Shown piece after piece: positions 63,911 to 64,000 of a DNA stretch of 64,000 bases. A model generated the notes under the pieces. That model ran no database searches, had not been told where the DNA came from, and was given only the letters and a program-made list of their open reading frames with translations. Origin of the DNA: Cirrosporium novae-zelandiae. Its lineage: Eukaryota. The first letter of the stretch is position 1; the number at the start of each line of letters is the position of its first letter. The translations under genes were made by a program, and so were the position numbers. The stretch spans positions 1,612,001 to 1,676,000 of the forward strand of contig JAPETS010000001.1 in assembly GCA_026023565.1 (NCBI GenBank). The letters are read 5' to 3'.

Positions 63911-64000
63911 TTTGGTAGACGGCATCTTCGATGCGACTTGGTGATTAGTGTTTCAATTGGCGTATGATAGTGATTGTAGATTTCGTTCGTCGTGGTGAGT

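Overview
Gene-dense, intron-containing genomic DNA of a filamentous ascomycete (Pezizomycotina; short GT-AG introns with CTRAY branch points, microsatellite-rich spacers). About 25 protein genes. Conserved housekeeping genes (SRP21-like, DUF1308, PTM1-like, NCS2, HAS1, FEN1, DCP2, TUF1, an eIF4E paralog, GDA1, mitochondrial IF3) are interleaved with accessory genes (GH16, tannase/feruloyl esterase, Cys-rich membrane protein, 2OG-Fe oxygenase, MFS transporter, secreted GlcG/HbpS-like protein, enoyl reductase, SDR, Zn2Cys6 TF). There is one dispersed 5S rRNA gene. Most notable: (i) an intronless patatin phospholipase fused to about five ZZ-like zinc fingers; (ii) a tandem HET-domain pair, the second gene interrupted by one in-frame TAG, next to a frameshifted DUF3669 remnant; (iii) three unusually long introns in unrelated genes that share short motifs; (iv) two small dispersed repeat families (a MITE-like foldback and an 18-bp unit). 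All family names come from motif recognition by eye; no database search was run.
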